A stretch of 64,000 bases of DNA. It comes from a virus (lineage: Duplodnaviria > Caudoviricetes). A program made the translations under genes and the position numbers. The notes under the pieces were generated by a model. The model was not told where the DNA came from. It saw nothing but the letters and a program-made list of their open reading frames with translations, and searched no databases. The DNA lies in the IMG/VR virus record IMGVR_UViG_3300023213_000432, positions 64,001 to 128,000 of that record; one strand, 5' to 3'. The stretch's first letter is position 1. The number at the start of each line of letters is the position of its first letter. Of the stretch, positions 50,411 to 60,876 are shown in pieces.

Positions 50411-51761
50411 CCCATGACTAAAATTATGGGCTTGTGCGAAGGATCCTAGTCAGATTCTTTTGATCAAGACTAAAATATTGTACTAGACAAAGAGAGAAGA
50501 AAGGTTATTTAACCAAACGATATTTCAAATAGGCAGATCAGGATCGCTATGACGAGACTGGAAAAGATATGCTACTGGATGTTTCGCTAGTCTGTAGCCG
50601 CATTTCGTAAGAAATGCCGATATTCTATCGATAAATTATAGAATATCCGCTGTGTTTTGCTTATGTCGAAGCGAGTTGAACAAGGCACGTAAGTGCAATT
50701 TTTTGAGGAAAAGAAACATTGGTTCCCGTCATCGATAACTACAAACAACCATTAATGCCTTGCTCTGAGAAAAGAGCTAGGAAACTTATGGAAAAAGGAA
50801 AGGCTATTTCATATTGGCAGAAAGGTATCTTTTGCATTCGTCTAACCAAAGAACCTTCTAACCGACAAACACAACCCATTGCTCTTGGCATTGATCCTGG
50901 AAGTAAAAGAGAAGGATATACTGTTGCTACTAAGAAAGCAGTAGTTATCAATATCACAACTAATACTCCAGGCTGGATTAAAGATCATGTAGAGACTCGT
51001 AGAAACCTTCGAAGATCTAGAAGATACCGAAAGACTCCTTATCGCTCCTGTCGAGAAAATAGAGCAACTCTTCGAAAAAATCGAGTTCCTCCTTCCACCA
51101 AAGCCAGGTGGAATGCTAAACTGAGAATTATTAAATTCATTCTGAAAATTATTCCTATTACAATCGTTAATGTAGAAGATATTGCCGCTTACACTAAGAA
51201 GGGACAAGCAAAGTGGAATACTTCCTTCTCTCCTTTAGAGGTTGGAAAAACTTGGTTCTATCGTGAGTTAGAAAACTTCGGAGTTCAGCTTCTCAAAACC
51301 AAAGGAACCAAAACTCAAGAAAAACGAGATCAGCGAGATTTTCATAAGCTATCTTCCAAGCTTGATTATTCTTGGAGTGCTCATAACGTGGATAGCCATG
51401 TCCTTGTGGAGATAGCATTGGAATCAGAAATCTCTCCATATTATGGACTATGGAAAATAGAGTTTTTAGAATTTCATCGTAGACAACTTCATGTCCAGAA
51501 TCCAATCAGAGGCAATATCAGAAAACGATATGGAACTACTATTTCTATGAAAATGCCCAGAGGTTCTGTCGTAAAACATAAAGGTAAGTTATATTATCTT
51601 GGTGGAAATAAAAAAGGGAAAGTTTCGCTCCATAGTATCATTACAGGAAAAAGAATTAAACAATCTGTCAAGAAGAGAGATATTGGCGTTTTGTATGCAC
51701 AGAATAGGAGAGTTCAGCTCCTTCCACGATTAAAATCGTGGGTCTCCTTGAGCCTATTTTA
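50403..51761 (+). mobile_element. isrB element, copy 3
   Basis: Same ends; omegaRNA has a variant segment at ~50490-50525; followed by ATGA. Confidence 0.92.
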
Positions 51762-51762
51762 A
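50719..51762 (+). CDS. isrB: IsrB, copy 3
   Basis: PLMP; GIDPGSK; VEDI; HNVDSH; no HNH. Confidence 0.9.
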   Translation: MVPVIDNYKQPLMPCSEKRARKLMEKGKAISYWQKGIFCIRLTKEPSNRQTQPIALGIDPGSKREGYTVATKKAVVINITTNTPGWIKDHVETRRNLRRSRRYRKTPYRSCRENRATLRKNRVPPSTKARWNAKLRIIKFILKIIPITIVNVEDIAAYTKKGQAKWNTSFSPLEVGKTWFYRELENFGVQLLKTKGTKTQEKRDQRDFHKLSSKLDYSWSAHNVDSHVLVEIALESEISPYYGLWKIEFLEFHRRQLHVQNPIRGNIRKRYGTTISMKMPRGSVVKHKGKLYYLGGNKKGKVSLHSIITGKRIKQSVKKRDIGVLYAQNRRVQLLPRLKSWVSLSLF

Positions 51763-54326
51763 TGAAAATGAAAGTAGATGCTTTTATGCCTTCCATCGAT
51801 GCCGCCAAAACTCAAACTTTACTTAAAGATAATTCCGAGTCCTCCATAAAACCTGACCTTCAAGATCGAAAACAATATAAAATCGGAGATCGTGTCAAAC
51901 TTCGGATCAAAGAAAAGCAAGAAGTTTGGGGCACCGTTATCGAGCATAATTCTGCTCATAGTTTGTGTCTTTTTTTGGATGAGGCAATAGACATTGAACA
52001 GAAGAAAAGCTTCAAAACTATAAATCATGAGCGTCAGGAAACTCTTAAGAAATTGGGCATCTCGAATCCAGAGCGCCCTAACTGTTTTTTGTGGGGAGAT
52101 TTTTCCCCTAACTACATTATTGGAACTGACAAAGTTATTGTTTTGGATCGCCTTCTTGACGAAGAAACCATTAATCCGGCAGGTAAATCGATGGACGTTT
52201 TACCAGATTCCATCTTTTTTGATTGTCATAGTAACAGGTTCAGTGGATGCAGGCATGACTCGCAACACGAGCCATCCACTCGAAAAGTATATGCGGCTCT
52301 GAAAATAGATAAAGGAAATCCAGATTTAGTCTATGTTTGCGATCAGCATTTTCAAAATCGAGTTAGCTATAATTGGGAAAATCGTTCTTTAGGTTTTGAA
52401 GGTTTGGTACCATTAGATGTTGGTCCCGCTCCGTCCTATAAATTTGGAGATCGGCTTCAAATTAAGATTAATAACGAGATTGTTTGGGCCACCGTAGTAG
52501 ATGAACGAGGTTCCGGCGCCCATGAACCTCGTCTATCTTATCCGTTATTGCATTTAGATAAACCCAATCCCGCCTCTCATGATTTTATTCCGGAAGATCG
52601 TGTTAAACCTATTTCAGATATGGGTATAAATGTCAATGAGAAAAAGTTTTGGTGGCTTCTCCCTGATAACAAAGTTTTGTATCGTCTTCCTAAAGAACGT
52701 CCATGCACTCCATCTAATCAGCCCACAAAAGAAGGTAAGGGCGATATTGATGGTGCCCAAGTCAAACCACCCGAAGTAAAACAGTTTAAAGAAGGAAGCC
52801 TCGTTAAATATATTGCTGAGAGCGCACAAGTTGGAAGTAATCCAGCCCTGGTTATAGGACAATTATATAAGATTAGGAAAATAGGAAAGAGTATCGATGG
52901 CAGCGATCAAATTTTCTTGAAGGGATTTGATGAAGAAGATATTTGGTGGCGGAAAGAAAGATTTGAATTAATAACTGTTAAGAAAGATGTTCCTGTTGCT
53001 TTAGAGACGCCCACTAAACAAGAAGACAAATGTCAAATTGGAGATCATGTCTCATTGCTCATTGATGGAGTGTATAATACTGGTGGCACGGTAGTGGGTT
53101 TTCAGGATCAAGTTCCATTAATTTGGTTAGATCTTCCTAAACCAGGAAAGTATGGTGGGACAGTTGATTACTATTCCAATAAAGATGTAATTTGTGCTAA
53201 TATCAAAAAGTTAGGCTATGATACAAGTTTGCATCGTTGTTGGATTGCCCATCATTGGCATACCAGGATTCTCAACATTAAACACCTTTATTGGCTGGAT
53301 GCAAACGGCATGCCCTTGAAGTTTGATGATGCTAACTCAACTTTGAAGAATGCGGTAGCACCTCAGCCGCAAGCGAATGAAGTAGTTGATGTTGATAAAG
53401 CTAAATCATTTTCTATTTCCGGCGATGTTTATGGTCCGTATCCTGTCCCAACTACTAATTGGTGGCCGCTTGGAAATCAGTCCAACATCGAACAAAAGCC
53501 CCTTTTCAGCCCGCAGGATATTGAACGTGCCATTAAAACTTTGGAACAAGCATTTGCTATGGGTTTGGCAAAATCAGATCAAAAAGATGCGTTGAATGTT
53601 TTGGATCAAGTGGCTAAAAGATTGGAGCAAAAGGAAGATATTGTAAATACAATAACCAAAACTTATACTTTTTCTCAAGACAATACTTCTAATTGGATGC
53701 CGTTTGTTATAAATGCCGGTGCCAATTCTAAACCCCTTAACTTCAAGTTTGATGGTAAATCATGGAATATTGTTTCGGATGCCCCCATTAATGTTAGTGG
53801 TGGCAAATTAGATCCAGAAGAAAATTTCAAGGTATTTGTTGAAGAGGAAGAACAACCTAACAGCGACGACGAAGCTAAAAAGCGACCCTTTAGCGCTATG
53901 GTTAAAGAAGATGTCATTGATGCTGGATACCGTGTAGTTGCCAATCAACTTACCAAAGGCATTAAAAATGTTTTTCTCCTTGTTCTCAAAGACAAAGGAG
54001 CAGATGATAAGAAAATTACTCTCGTTCGAGAACTATTGGATAGTGAGATCGGCAATGCTTTTGTTTCTATTATCTTGGGATATTGTCTTACTTATATGCC
54101 CAAAGTTAAGGAAGATAAGCGGGCTCAAAAGTTGGCGGGCGAATTCCGCGTAGAAGGGTTATCAACTGCTGGTAATGCTTTGATGAATGTGGTATGGCAA
54201 TATGTTAAGGATTTGCCAGCATCGGAAAAAATAAGAGTGGAAACGAAAGAAGTTCGAGTTTCAGAAGAGGAGATACAAGAAATTGACGAAGTCGGCGAAG
54301 CAAGCGGCAATTGTGCTAATCATTAA
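51762..54326 (+). CDS. Modular protein D: SH3/KOW-like repeats + conserved C-terminal domain
   Basis: YKIGDRV..WGTV..LFLD repeats; C-terminus DAGYRVVANQLTKG..LLDSEIG..EFRVE. Confidence 0.8.
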   Translation: MKMKVDAFMPSIDAAKTQTLLKDNSESSIKPDLQDRKQYKIGDRVKLRIKEKQEVWGTVIEHNSAHSLCLFLDEAIDIEQKKSFKTINHERQETLKKLGISNPERPNCFLWGDFSPNYIIGTDKVIVLDRLLDEETINPAGKSMDVLPDSIFFDCHSNRFSGCRHDSQHEPSTRKVYAALKIDKGNPDLVYVCDQHFQNRVSYNWENRSLGFEGLVPLDVGPAPSYKFGDRLQIKINNEIVWATVVDERGSGAHEPRLSYPLLHLDKPNPASHDFIPEDRVKPISDMGINVNEKKFWWLLPDNKVLYRLPKERPCTPSNQPTKEGKGDIDGAQVKPPEVKQFKEGSLVKYIAESAQVGSNPALVIGQLYKIRKIGKSIDGSDQIFLKGFDEEDIWWRKERFELITVKKDVPVALETPTKQEDKCQIGDHVSLLIDGVYNTGGTVVGFQDQVPLIWLDLPKPGKYGGTVDYYSNKDVICANIKKLGYDTSLHRCWIAHHWHTRILNIKHLYWLDANGMPLKFDDANSTLKNAVAPQPQANEVVDVDKAKSFSISGDVYGPYPVPTTNWWPLGNQSNIEQKPLFSPQDIERAIKTLEQAFAMGLAKSDQKDALNVLDQVAKRLEQKEDIVNTITKTYTFSQDNTSNWMPFVINAGANSKPLNFKFDGKSWNIVSDAPINVSGGKLDPEENFKVFVEEEEQPNSDDEAKKRPFSAMVKEDVIDAGYRVVANQLTKGIKNVFLLVLKDKGADDKKITLVRELLDSEIGNAFVSIILGYCLTYMPKVKEDKRAQKLAGEFRVEGLSTAGNALMNVVWQYVKDLPASEKIRVETKEVRVSEEEIQEIDEVGEASGNCANH

Positions 54327-55074
54327 GGATGGATTAATCCTTGGGATTTCTCGAAAAAACGATCCAACCAAATTTTCTCTTATTGGTGGAAAATGCGAAG
54401 TTGGCGAATTACCAGTAGAAGCTGTTCTTCGAGAAACTCTTGAAGAGACCGGCATTGAAGTTCATGATCTCTTAGGCAAGAGATACCCATAGCCTTGTGC
54501 TATGGTAGGAATTGCCATTTACTTTCTTTTTCTCTTGACATCTATCAATAAGTGATTTATATATTAGTACGTTCTTTGAAAATTTGGCGGTTCTATTTCC
54601 ATTGGTTTAATAGCGAAGACACTTCCCGAGTTCAAGAAGGATCTCGAATAGTAATACAGTTGTTCCAATCCTTTTAGATTGGTCTCCGATATAAGAAACT
54701 TAGAACTTAAAAACTTGGATCGTTTAACGATCCCAAGATCATTTCTGGCTATATGCCAGAATGACGGGCTGTCGTCAATCAGCCTATTGTTTCCATTACT
54801 TCGTGATGAGGAACAAGCCATCAGCCTTGTGCTGATGGTAATTGACGGTGGTGCTTTTATCTATGAGCGTGTAGAGCCGAAGGAAAGTCCTGATGGAGAT
54901 GATTTTCGCACGTTTGCTTTCTACGCCACTGCATGGACGGGAGAGCCCAAAAATCTTGAAGGAGGCACAGTTAAATGGTTAACGGCGGCAGAATTGACTT
55001 CCAAAGAAACTGGTGCTTTCCAGAATACAATGCTAAGACACTGGAGCGATTTAGAAAGTTGTATCCGAAAGTAG
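54283..55074 (+). pseudogene. NUDIX hydrolase split by mini element 54466-54846, with a probable extra frameshift near 55020
   Basis: Nudix box GGKCEVGELPVEAVLRETLEETG; removal joins IEVH|GGAFIYE in frame. Confidence 0.88.
54466..54846 (+). mobile_element. reRNA-only mini tnpB-type element (TCAT target), + orientation
   Basis: TCAT|GATCTCTTAGGCAAGAGATA-hairpin ... CCATCAGCCTTGTGCTGATGGTAATTGAC|. Confidence 0.9.
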
Positions 55075-55113
55075 AATTAAAGTAGAATTTAAGTTTAAAT
55101 AAGAGGAACAAAA

Positions 55114-55590
55114 ATGAAAAAACAACCATTTACGATCGGAGATCGAGTAGGATTTAATGCCATTTTCAAAGATCAGGATACTTATAATGATTGCGATGCA
55201 GGATTTTATGATCTTGCTTTCGATGAGTATTATGATCCGTGTTATGGGGAAGTTATTGAAATAATCGAACCGAGTGACAATCTTATTATCAAGTGGGATG
55301 AAAATGACGACTATATTGACGAGTATAAACCTGAGGACGGCTGGAATGCCAAAGACTTCCTCCCCGAGAAAGAATTAAAAAAGAAATATTCTCATCTGGA
55401 AAAAGAATTCCGAACTATGGAAAAAGCAGTAAAAGCTAAAGTTAAAAAGGCAGCTGTTATCATCAGAGAAGCCAACAAAATGACAAAAGAACACGGTAAA
55501 ACTTTATCAGAATTGTGGGACGTCCGTCGTCCTTTATACGATGCGATGGATAATGCAGGCTGGCACACCTCTTCATTTGATTGTCCATGA
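55114..55590 (+). CDS. SH3-like + GW..SS..C family protein
   Basis: FTIGDRV..IIKWD..NAGWHTSSFDC; AGAGGA SD. Confidence 0.7.
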   Translation: MKKQPFTIGDRVGFNAIFKDQDTYNDCDAGFYDLAFDEYYDPCYGEVIEIIEPSDNLIIKWDENDDYIDEYKPEDGWNAKDFLPEKELKKKYSHLEKEFRTMEKAVKAKVKKAAVIIREANKMTKEHGKTLSELWDVRRPLYDAMDNAGWHTSSFDCP

Positions 55591-56028
55591 GCTTCAAAAA
55601 TAGTTTTTGTTCCTACTGTGGAGTTAAATTCACGGAGCAAATTAAATACCCACGAAAGTGTTTTAGCTGCTATCAGGATACTTATTTTAATCCATTGCCT
55701 GCGACTATCTCTATCCTTCGAGTATTTGATCCAGAGAGCCATGGTTATTATAGAAGATGGGGAGTGCTAATCACCAAACGAAACATTGAGCCACATAAAG
55801 GTAAATTTTGTTTGGTGGGCGGGTTTTTGGAAAATAATGGCGAAACATGGCAAGAAGCCTCGGCTCGGGAAATGCAAGAAGAAATCCAACTATCTCTTGA
55901 TCCTAGCGAATTCAGTTTAGTGGATATTAAAAATTCCACTGCACCTAAAGGAATTTTATTAATTATAAATATGGTGATTACCATTAAAGAATTCGCCCAG
56001 ATCAAGTTTCAGCCTAATAACGAAGTTA
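55587..56028 (+). pseudogene. Zn-ribbon NUDIX hydrolase interrupted near the C-terminus by mini element 56029-56377
   Basis: CSYCG..CFSC..NPLP; GGFLENNGETWQEASAREMQEE. Confidence 0.8.
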
Positions 56029-56377
56029 GTCAATTACCAATGACTAAAGTCCTTGGCTTGTCGCTCATCCTACCATTGATAGGAGGTTGTTTTTTAATGG
56101 CAACAATAGGCTGATTGACAACAGCCCTAAATAAAGTTTGGCGTTTCTAATAGCGACCTGTTAAAAACCGTTTGCTTATTCGATCATAAATGATCAAGAA
56201 AGTGCCTTCTAGGTCTCGATTCGCTAAACGTAGATATTAATTTTTAACTCATCTCTTACCTCTTTCTATTTAGATAGCAAAAGATATATAACCACCATGC
56301 TTGAAGTTTTTAAGAAAAAGAAAGAAAAAAGCAATTCCTCCCATGATTAAAATCATGGGCTTCCTTGCTAAGAGATC
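56029..56377 (-). mobile_element. reRNA-only mini tnpB-type element (TTAC target)
   Basis: Near-identical to 30032-30386 and 63328-63687. Confidence 0.88.
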
Positions 56378-56445
56378 GTAATCGATTAATATTGCTTAGT
56401 TCGCTGAACCAAGTCGAGCCTCTACCACCAACTAAAAGGAAATCT

Positions 56446-56736
56446 ATGACCAAACCTCAAATCGGTATGGGCGCTACTATTAACTATGTTTCAGATAAAG
56501 TCCCAGCTACTATTGTAGAAATTCGTTCCAATTGTATTATCTTGCAAGAAGATAAATATACCCGCACCGATAATAACGGTTTCTCCGAAGTACAGGAATA
56601 CACTTACGCGCCTAATCTTGAAGGGTTGCTTTACACCGCCACACTTCGCAAAGACAGAGTATATAGACTTAAGGGTAGTCCCAATATCTATATTACATTG
56701 GGAAAGCGCCGCCGTTATTTCGATTATTCTTTTTAA
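56446..56736 (+). CDS. Conserved phage hypothetical protein
   Basis: PQIGMGAT..D..PATIV..G.RR.Y.DYSF; AAGGA SD. Confidence 0.65.
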   Translation: MTKPQIGMGATINYVSDKVPATIVEIRSNCIILQEDKYTRTDNNGFSEVQEYTYAPNLEGLLYTATLRKDRVYRLKGSPNIYITLGKRRRYFDYSF

Positions 56737-57019
56737 TTTTTGACCAAACCCGCAAAAATCGCGATATATGCTTATTTTTAAAGATTGTATTACTTATCAA
56801 ATTTTAGAAAAGGAAATCACGATCTTTTCTGACGAAACTGCTTATGGGCGCAATACCGTAGCCGAAATCGATAACTATTATATCTATTGGGGCGCTGAAC
56901 CATGGACAATTTCTACTGCCATCTTATCTTATGAACGACACTATAACCGAGAACTTATGCCCGCCGAACTTCGACAGGTATTATTAGACAACAATTTCAT
57001 TTCTCAAAGGAATTAAATC

Positions 57020-57367
57020 ATGAAAAAAACAACAAAGAAAACAAGCAAGACAGCCAATAAAATGCTCAAGAAGACAACCAAGCCAGTCAAAAAGACGGTA
57101 GCAAAGAAAGCTCCCGTCAAAAAGACAAGTAAAAAGGCAGTTGCAGCATCAACAGTGAAGCCAGTTGCCCCTAAAGCGTCTGCTAAGCCCGCTGTGAAAC
57201 GCACCTCCAAAAAAGAAGTTATTACGGCCAAACCCGTTAAGGATAATAGTGGGATGGTGATTATGCGAGGCGTTGATGAACAAGAACAAATGGATACCGA
57301 TGACGGTATTGATTTGACCGCTTCATTGGACGATGGCATGGTCATTTTGACTACCGACGAAGAATAA
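57020..57367 (+). CDS. Histone H1-like Lys/Ala/Pro-rich protein with acidic tail
   Basis: KKT..AKKAPVKK repeats; C-terminal D/E-rich segment. Confidence 0.65.
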   Translation: MKKTTKKTSKTANKMLKKTTKPVKKTVAKKAPVKKTSKKAVAASTVKPVAPKASAKPAVKRTSKKEVITAKPVKDNSGMVIMRGVDEQEQMDTDDGIDLTASLDDGMVILTTDEE

Positions 57368-57458
57368 TCATGGGCATTTCTTATCTTACTTTTGCTGCAA
57401 TTCTGATTTTTGGATTAACTTTCCTCTCGATAATCCTTTGGATTAAATCTAAAGAATA

Positions 57459-58079
57459 ATGCAAGTCCTCAGACTTATCCAACAAAATGGACTATCTTTA
57501 CCTTTTCGTTTAGGGAAGGAGTTAGGACATGGATTAGATGGACAAGTATTTAAGATTGCCGATACCTTGAAACCTGCTAAGGTAGTCAAGTTATGTGCTA
57601 TTTTCGAAAGTGAAGAAACTGATCTTAATATTGACTATCAACAAGTTAGTCAAGTGTTGGATTGCCTTCTGCAAAAAAATCCGCTTGCTTTTGTTCGAAT
57701 ATTTTCTCACGCTAAACTTGGAGAATATTATCGAACCATTTATGGTAATCAACAGCAAAAGTATCTTCTTCATTATTATGTGATGGAACGTCTCCAAGCT
57801 ATTTCCGAAGACGAAAAGAAGGTTTTTCATACTATTCTATCTCATGAAGATCGGGGCATTGAAAAAACCTTCACTATTACAGAATTAGAAAGAACTTTGG
57901 AAGGATTGCATTCGGGGCTTGATTTCTCGATGGACAAGATGAGGAGGTTTCGGTTAAACCTACATGCCGCTCCTATTATTCACAATGATCTTCACCCTCG
58001 GAATATTTTGAAGAATATAGAAGGAAACTATAAATGTATCGATATAGATTGGTGCGAATTAAAGTTTCAACCCACGTGA
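57459..58079 (+). CDS. Protein kinase-like phosphotransferase
   Basis: LGHGLDGQVF Gly loop; VVK; YVMERL; HNDLHPRNIL; CIDID. Confidence 0.85.
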   Translation: MQVLRLIQQNGLSLPFRLGKELGHGLDGQVFKIADTLKPAKVVKLCAIFESEETDLNIDYQQVSQVLDCLLQKNPLAFVRIFSHAKLGEYYRTIYGNQQQKYLLHYYVMERLQAISEDEKKVFHTILSHEDRGIEKTFTITELERTLEGLHSGLDFSMDKMRRFRLNLHAAPIIHNDLHPRNILKNIEGNYKCIDIDWCELKFQPT

Positions 58080-58087
58080 TATAGTAG

Positions 58088-58133
58088 GTCAATAACCCAT
58101 GATTAAAATCATGGGCTTGTGCGAAAGGAATCA
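58088..58133 (+). mobile_element. 46-nt remnant of the isrB-element end
   Basis: GTCAATAACCCATGATTAAAATCATGGGCTTGTGCGAAAGGAATCA, then ATGA. Confidence 0.8.
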
Positions 58134-58424
58134 ATGACCAAAGATAAAAATAAAGTAGATTTGACACTGTTGAAAAAGTTAGTGATTGAATTGGAGGCTT
58201 CTCTTACCACTGCGGAAGGAGTTGTTGAAACGGATCATAATGGATATTTCGTGGAAATGTCTAAAGGAGCCGGATTAGCCGCAGGAGTCATGCAAGAAGC
58301 GTCTATGTTAATTATGGATATTTACGGAGTGGTTCAATCTAAGCAGGGCGGTGTCTCTGTCAAAGAAAGTTTTTTTGGTGATTTGCTTGGAAAGTTTAAA
58401 GGCGGAATTGGAGGTTCTAATTGA
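58134..58424 (+). CDS. Hypothetical protein
   Basis: Starts at ATGA; SD AAAGGA comes from the remnant. Confidence 0.6.
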   Translation: MTKDKNKVDLTLLKKLVIELEASLTTAEGVVETDHNGYFVEMSKGAGLAAGVMQEASMLIMDIYGVVQSKQGGVSVKESFFGDLLGKFKGGIGGSN

Positions 58425-58674
58425 TGTTACCATCTGTTAAGCATTTGTTTTTGGTGATTCCTTTAATGGCTCTATTAACCTTTACTAACACGTTCATTGG
58501 GTTTGTGTGTGGTAGTTTTGTGGATATGCAATTGGAATACAGGGGCGTCAATAAGTTTGTCGCTTTGTTTTGTAGCGTTCTGACTGTTTGTGGAGTGTAT
58601 GTTTTTATGATAGGCAATCATCGAATTCGGAATTTGATTGGTTCGTTAGACCGTTAGCTATTGGGGCAGTTAAA

Positions 58675-59247
58675 ATGAGAAAATTATTAGCACTGGCATG
58701 CTTGTTAATGGCATGTGCTGCGGACAATAAAAAGGTAATTGTTATTCCGCCGCCCACGGTAACTGAATCGCCAACTCCTCCGTCTATGACCGTAATTGAA
58801 CGGGGCGAAGATTGGTCGATTGAAGTTCTTAATGGTTGGGAGAAGGTTGGGATCACTACTATTCCAACGAATTCTGCTGGAATGCAATTTGTCAATAAGG
58901 AGCAAAAAATTGGCTTAGCTGTAGTTAGAGAAGTTTTGCCTACTCATATCTCAAATGAGGAATTAGCGTTTGGATTTGAATTGTATTTGAAATCAAAGGA
59001 CATTGGCATCGATGATCTTCGTAATGTTAAACTGAATGACAGATCTTTTATTTTGATAGAATTTCATGCTATTCCCCATCAGTTTGGAGAAACAATACAA
59101 GTTCAAGCATGGATGTCGGCTGAAGATAAAGTAACTTATACTATGATATGTGGGTCTGTCATCACTAATCAACAGACACCTGAGCTTTGCAATCAGATGG
59201 TTTCCACCTTTAAAGTGGATAACAAAGATGGCATTGTTCAGCCCTGA
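58675..59247 (+). CDS. Lipoprotein, possibly PsbP/DcrB-like
   Basis: Lipobox LMAC; Pro-rich linker; WSIEVLNGW. Confidence 0.65.
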   Translation: MRKLLALACLLMACAADNKKVIVIPPPTVTESPTPPSMTVIERGEDWSIEVLNGWEKVGITTIPTNSAGMQFVNKEQKIGLAVVREVLPTHISNEELAFGFELYLKSKDIGIDDLRNVKLNDRSFILIEFHAIPHQFGETIQVQAWMSAEDKVTYTMICGSVITNQQTPELCNQMVSTFKVDNKDGIVQP

Positions 59248-59258
59248 TATTTAGAATA

Positions 59259-60089
59259 ATGGATAAAGTTCTTCTAATCGATGGACTAAATATGGTTCAT
59301 CGGACTTCTCATGTTAAGTTGGACATGGATAAGACTTCGGAAGATGCCGACAAAATTGACTATACGCCTATCTATACTTTTTTTCGTAGCCTTCGTTCCT
59401 TGATTGAATTATTTTCTCCTGACAAATGTTTTTTTGTTCTCGAAGGACATGCCAAGTTTCGCTACGATCTTTTTGCGGATTATAAAGCTAATCGACTGAT
59501 CAAACTCGGTTCCAAAACCAAAGAAGAAGTTTATGCGTATGCCGATGAGATAGTTCGGCTCCTTCTCATGCTTCCAATTACAGTGTGTCGGGCAAGCAAC
59601 TATGAAGCAGACGATGTAATCGGCAGTTTATCTGAAAATATGAAGAATGAGGAACTAACAATAGTTTCGACTGATAGTGATTATATTCAATTGCTTCAAC
59701 GTGGATATCCTAAGATTAGCATCTATAATCCGATCCGAAAGGAATTCATGGAAGCACCTCCCCAAAATTATATCGCTCTCAAAAGCCTTCGAGGTGATAA
59801 ATCAGACAATATACCTCGATTAGTTTCAGATAGAAAAGCCGAGTCATTTTGTGAAAATCCTGCTCTATTTAAAAAATGGATGTCAATTGAAGAGAACAGG
59901 GCAACGCTTGCTATTAATAAGCAATTGATAGAATTTGCTTCCGTTCCAATGGAAGAAATAGAATTCAAGGAAGGGCAACGGGATTTTAAAATCCTTAAAG
60001 AAGAATTTAAAAAAATGGAATTTGAGAGCATCACTAATAACAAGTCGTGGGATAAATTTGAAATCACTTTTAATTGCCTAAGGTATTGA
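59259..60089 (+). CDS. 5'-3' exonuclease / flap endonuclease (T4 RNase H, T5 D15-like)
   Basis: LLIDG.N; RY..F.DYKANR; YEADDVIG; STDSDYIQL; LRGDKSDNIP. Confidence 0.92.
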   Translation: MDKVLLIDGLNMVHRTSHVKLDMDKTSEDADKIDYTPIYTFFRSLRSLIELFSPDKCFFVLEGHAKFRYDLFADYKANRLIKLGSKTKEEVYAYADEIVRLLLMLPITVCRASNYEADDVIGSLSENMKNEELTIVSTDSDYIQLLQRGYPKISIYNPIRKEFMEAPPQNYIALKSLRGDKSDNIPRLVSDRKAESFCENPALFKKWMSIEENRATLAINKQLIEFASVPMEEIEFKEGQRDFKILKEEFKKMEFESITNNKSWDKFEITFNCLRY

Positions 60090-60489
60090 TATGTTGATCT
60101 TATCGCCTTCGCCAAATTCTATCCCCGTTCCATCCAATCAAAACTTGGAATACTTCGCTTTGACGTATGGCAAACGCGGTGTCATTATGTGTGTTCGAGA
60201 TCGATCTAAGGCTCTGATGGAAGTCAAACAATTGCAACGGTGGAGCACAGAGTATAGCCCAATATCTGCTCATTGGGAAGGCTGGGGAAATGTCATCATT
60301 CCTGAAGCGGAAAGAATCCAATACTTAAGAGCTATTGAACGGGATGCCCAAGTCCATCGTGCTTATATTGATGGCGGCAACTATAATATTCCCATTGGAT
60401 TAAAACGATGGGTAGAAACTTATGAGCCCGAATATCAGGAATTGGGAAAGTTGAAAGTTTTCGATTATTATTGAAAGGGAAAGTAAATC

Positions 60490-60876
60490 ATGTCTAAGGA
60501 AATCATTATGTGCTGTTTATCTTGCGAGCGAAATCAAAAAACGGGCAAGTTTTGTCAGGATTGTGGAGGTGCGCTTACCAAGAGAACGCCGCCACTGTTA
60601 GAGGAAGCATTTGCTAAGTTGGTCAAAGAAATTACTCCCAAAATCAAAGCGGAACTCGATCAAGCTAATGATCACCTTTGCAATGCTATGCATATTGCTA
60701 ATCAAGAGGGCGTGCCATTTTATGATCGAGCAGACGATACAGTTTTTATTCCTGAAAGTTTCTACCTCAAACATAATGTGAGTGGAAAGATTGTGGAAAA
60801 ACTTATACCTCAAATATTCGAATATGACATTGAGGGCAAGTTTGAAGGCTGGATTAGTTCAAGCGATAGGTGTTAA
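60490..60876 (+). CDS. Zn-ribbon + GW..SS..C family protein
   Basis: CLSC..FCQDCG; ends EGWISSSDRC. Confidence 0.65.
   Translation: MSKEIIMCCLSCERNQKTGKFCQDCGGALTKRTPPLLEEAFAKLVKEITPKIKAELDQANDHLCNAMHIANQEGVPFYDRADDTVFIPESFYLKHNVSGKIVEKLIPQIFEYDIEGKFEGWISSSDRC

Noticed and set aside
54466-54846. IStron (self-splicing group I intron-IS hybrid)
   Set aside because: The element ends in C, not the required terminal G; splicing at nearby Gs breaks the frame; no P7-type core motifs seen
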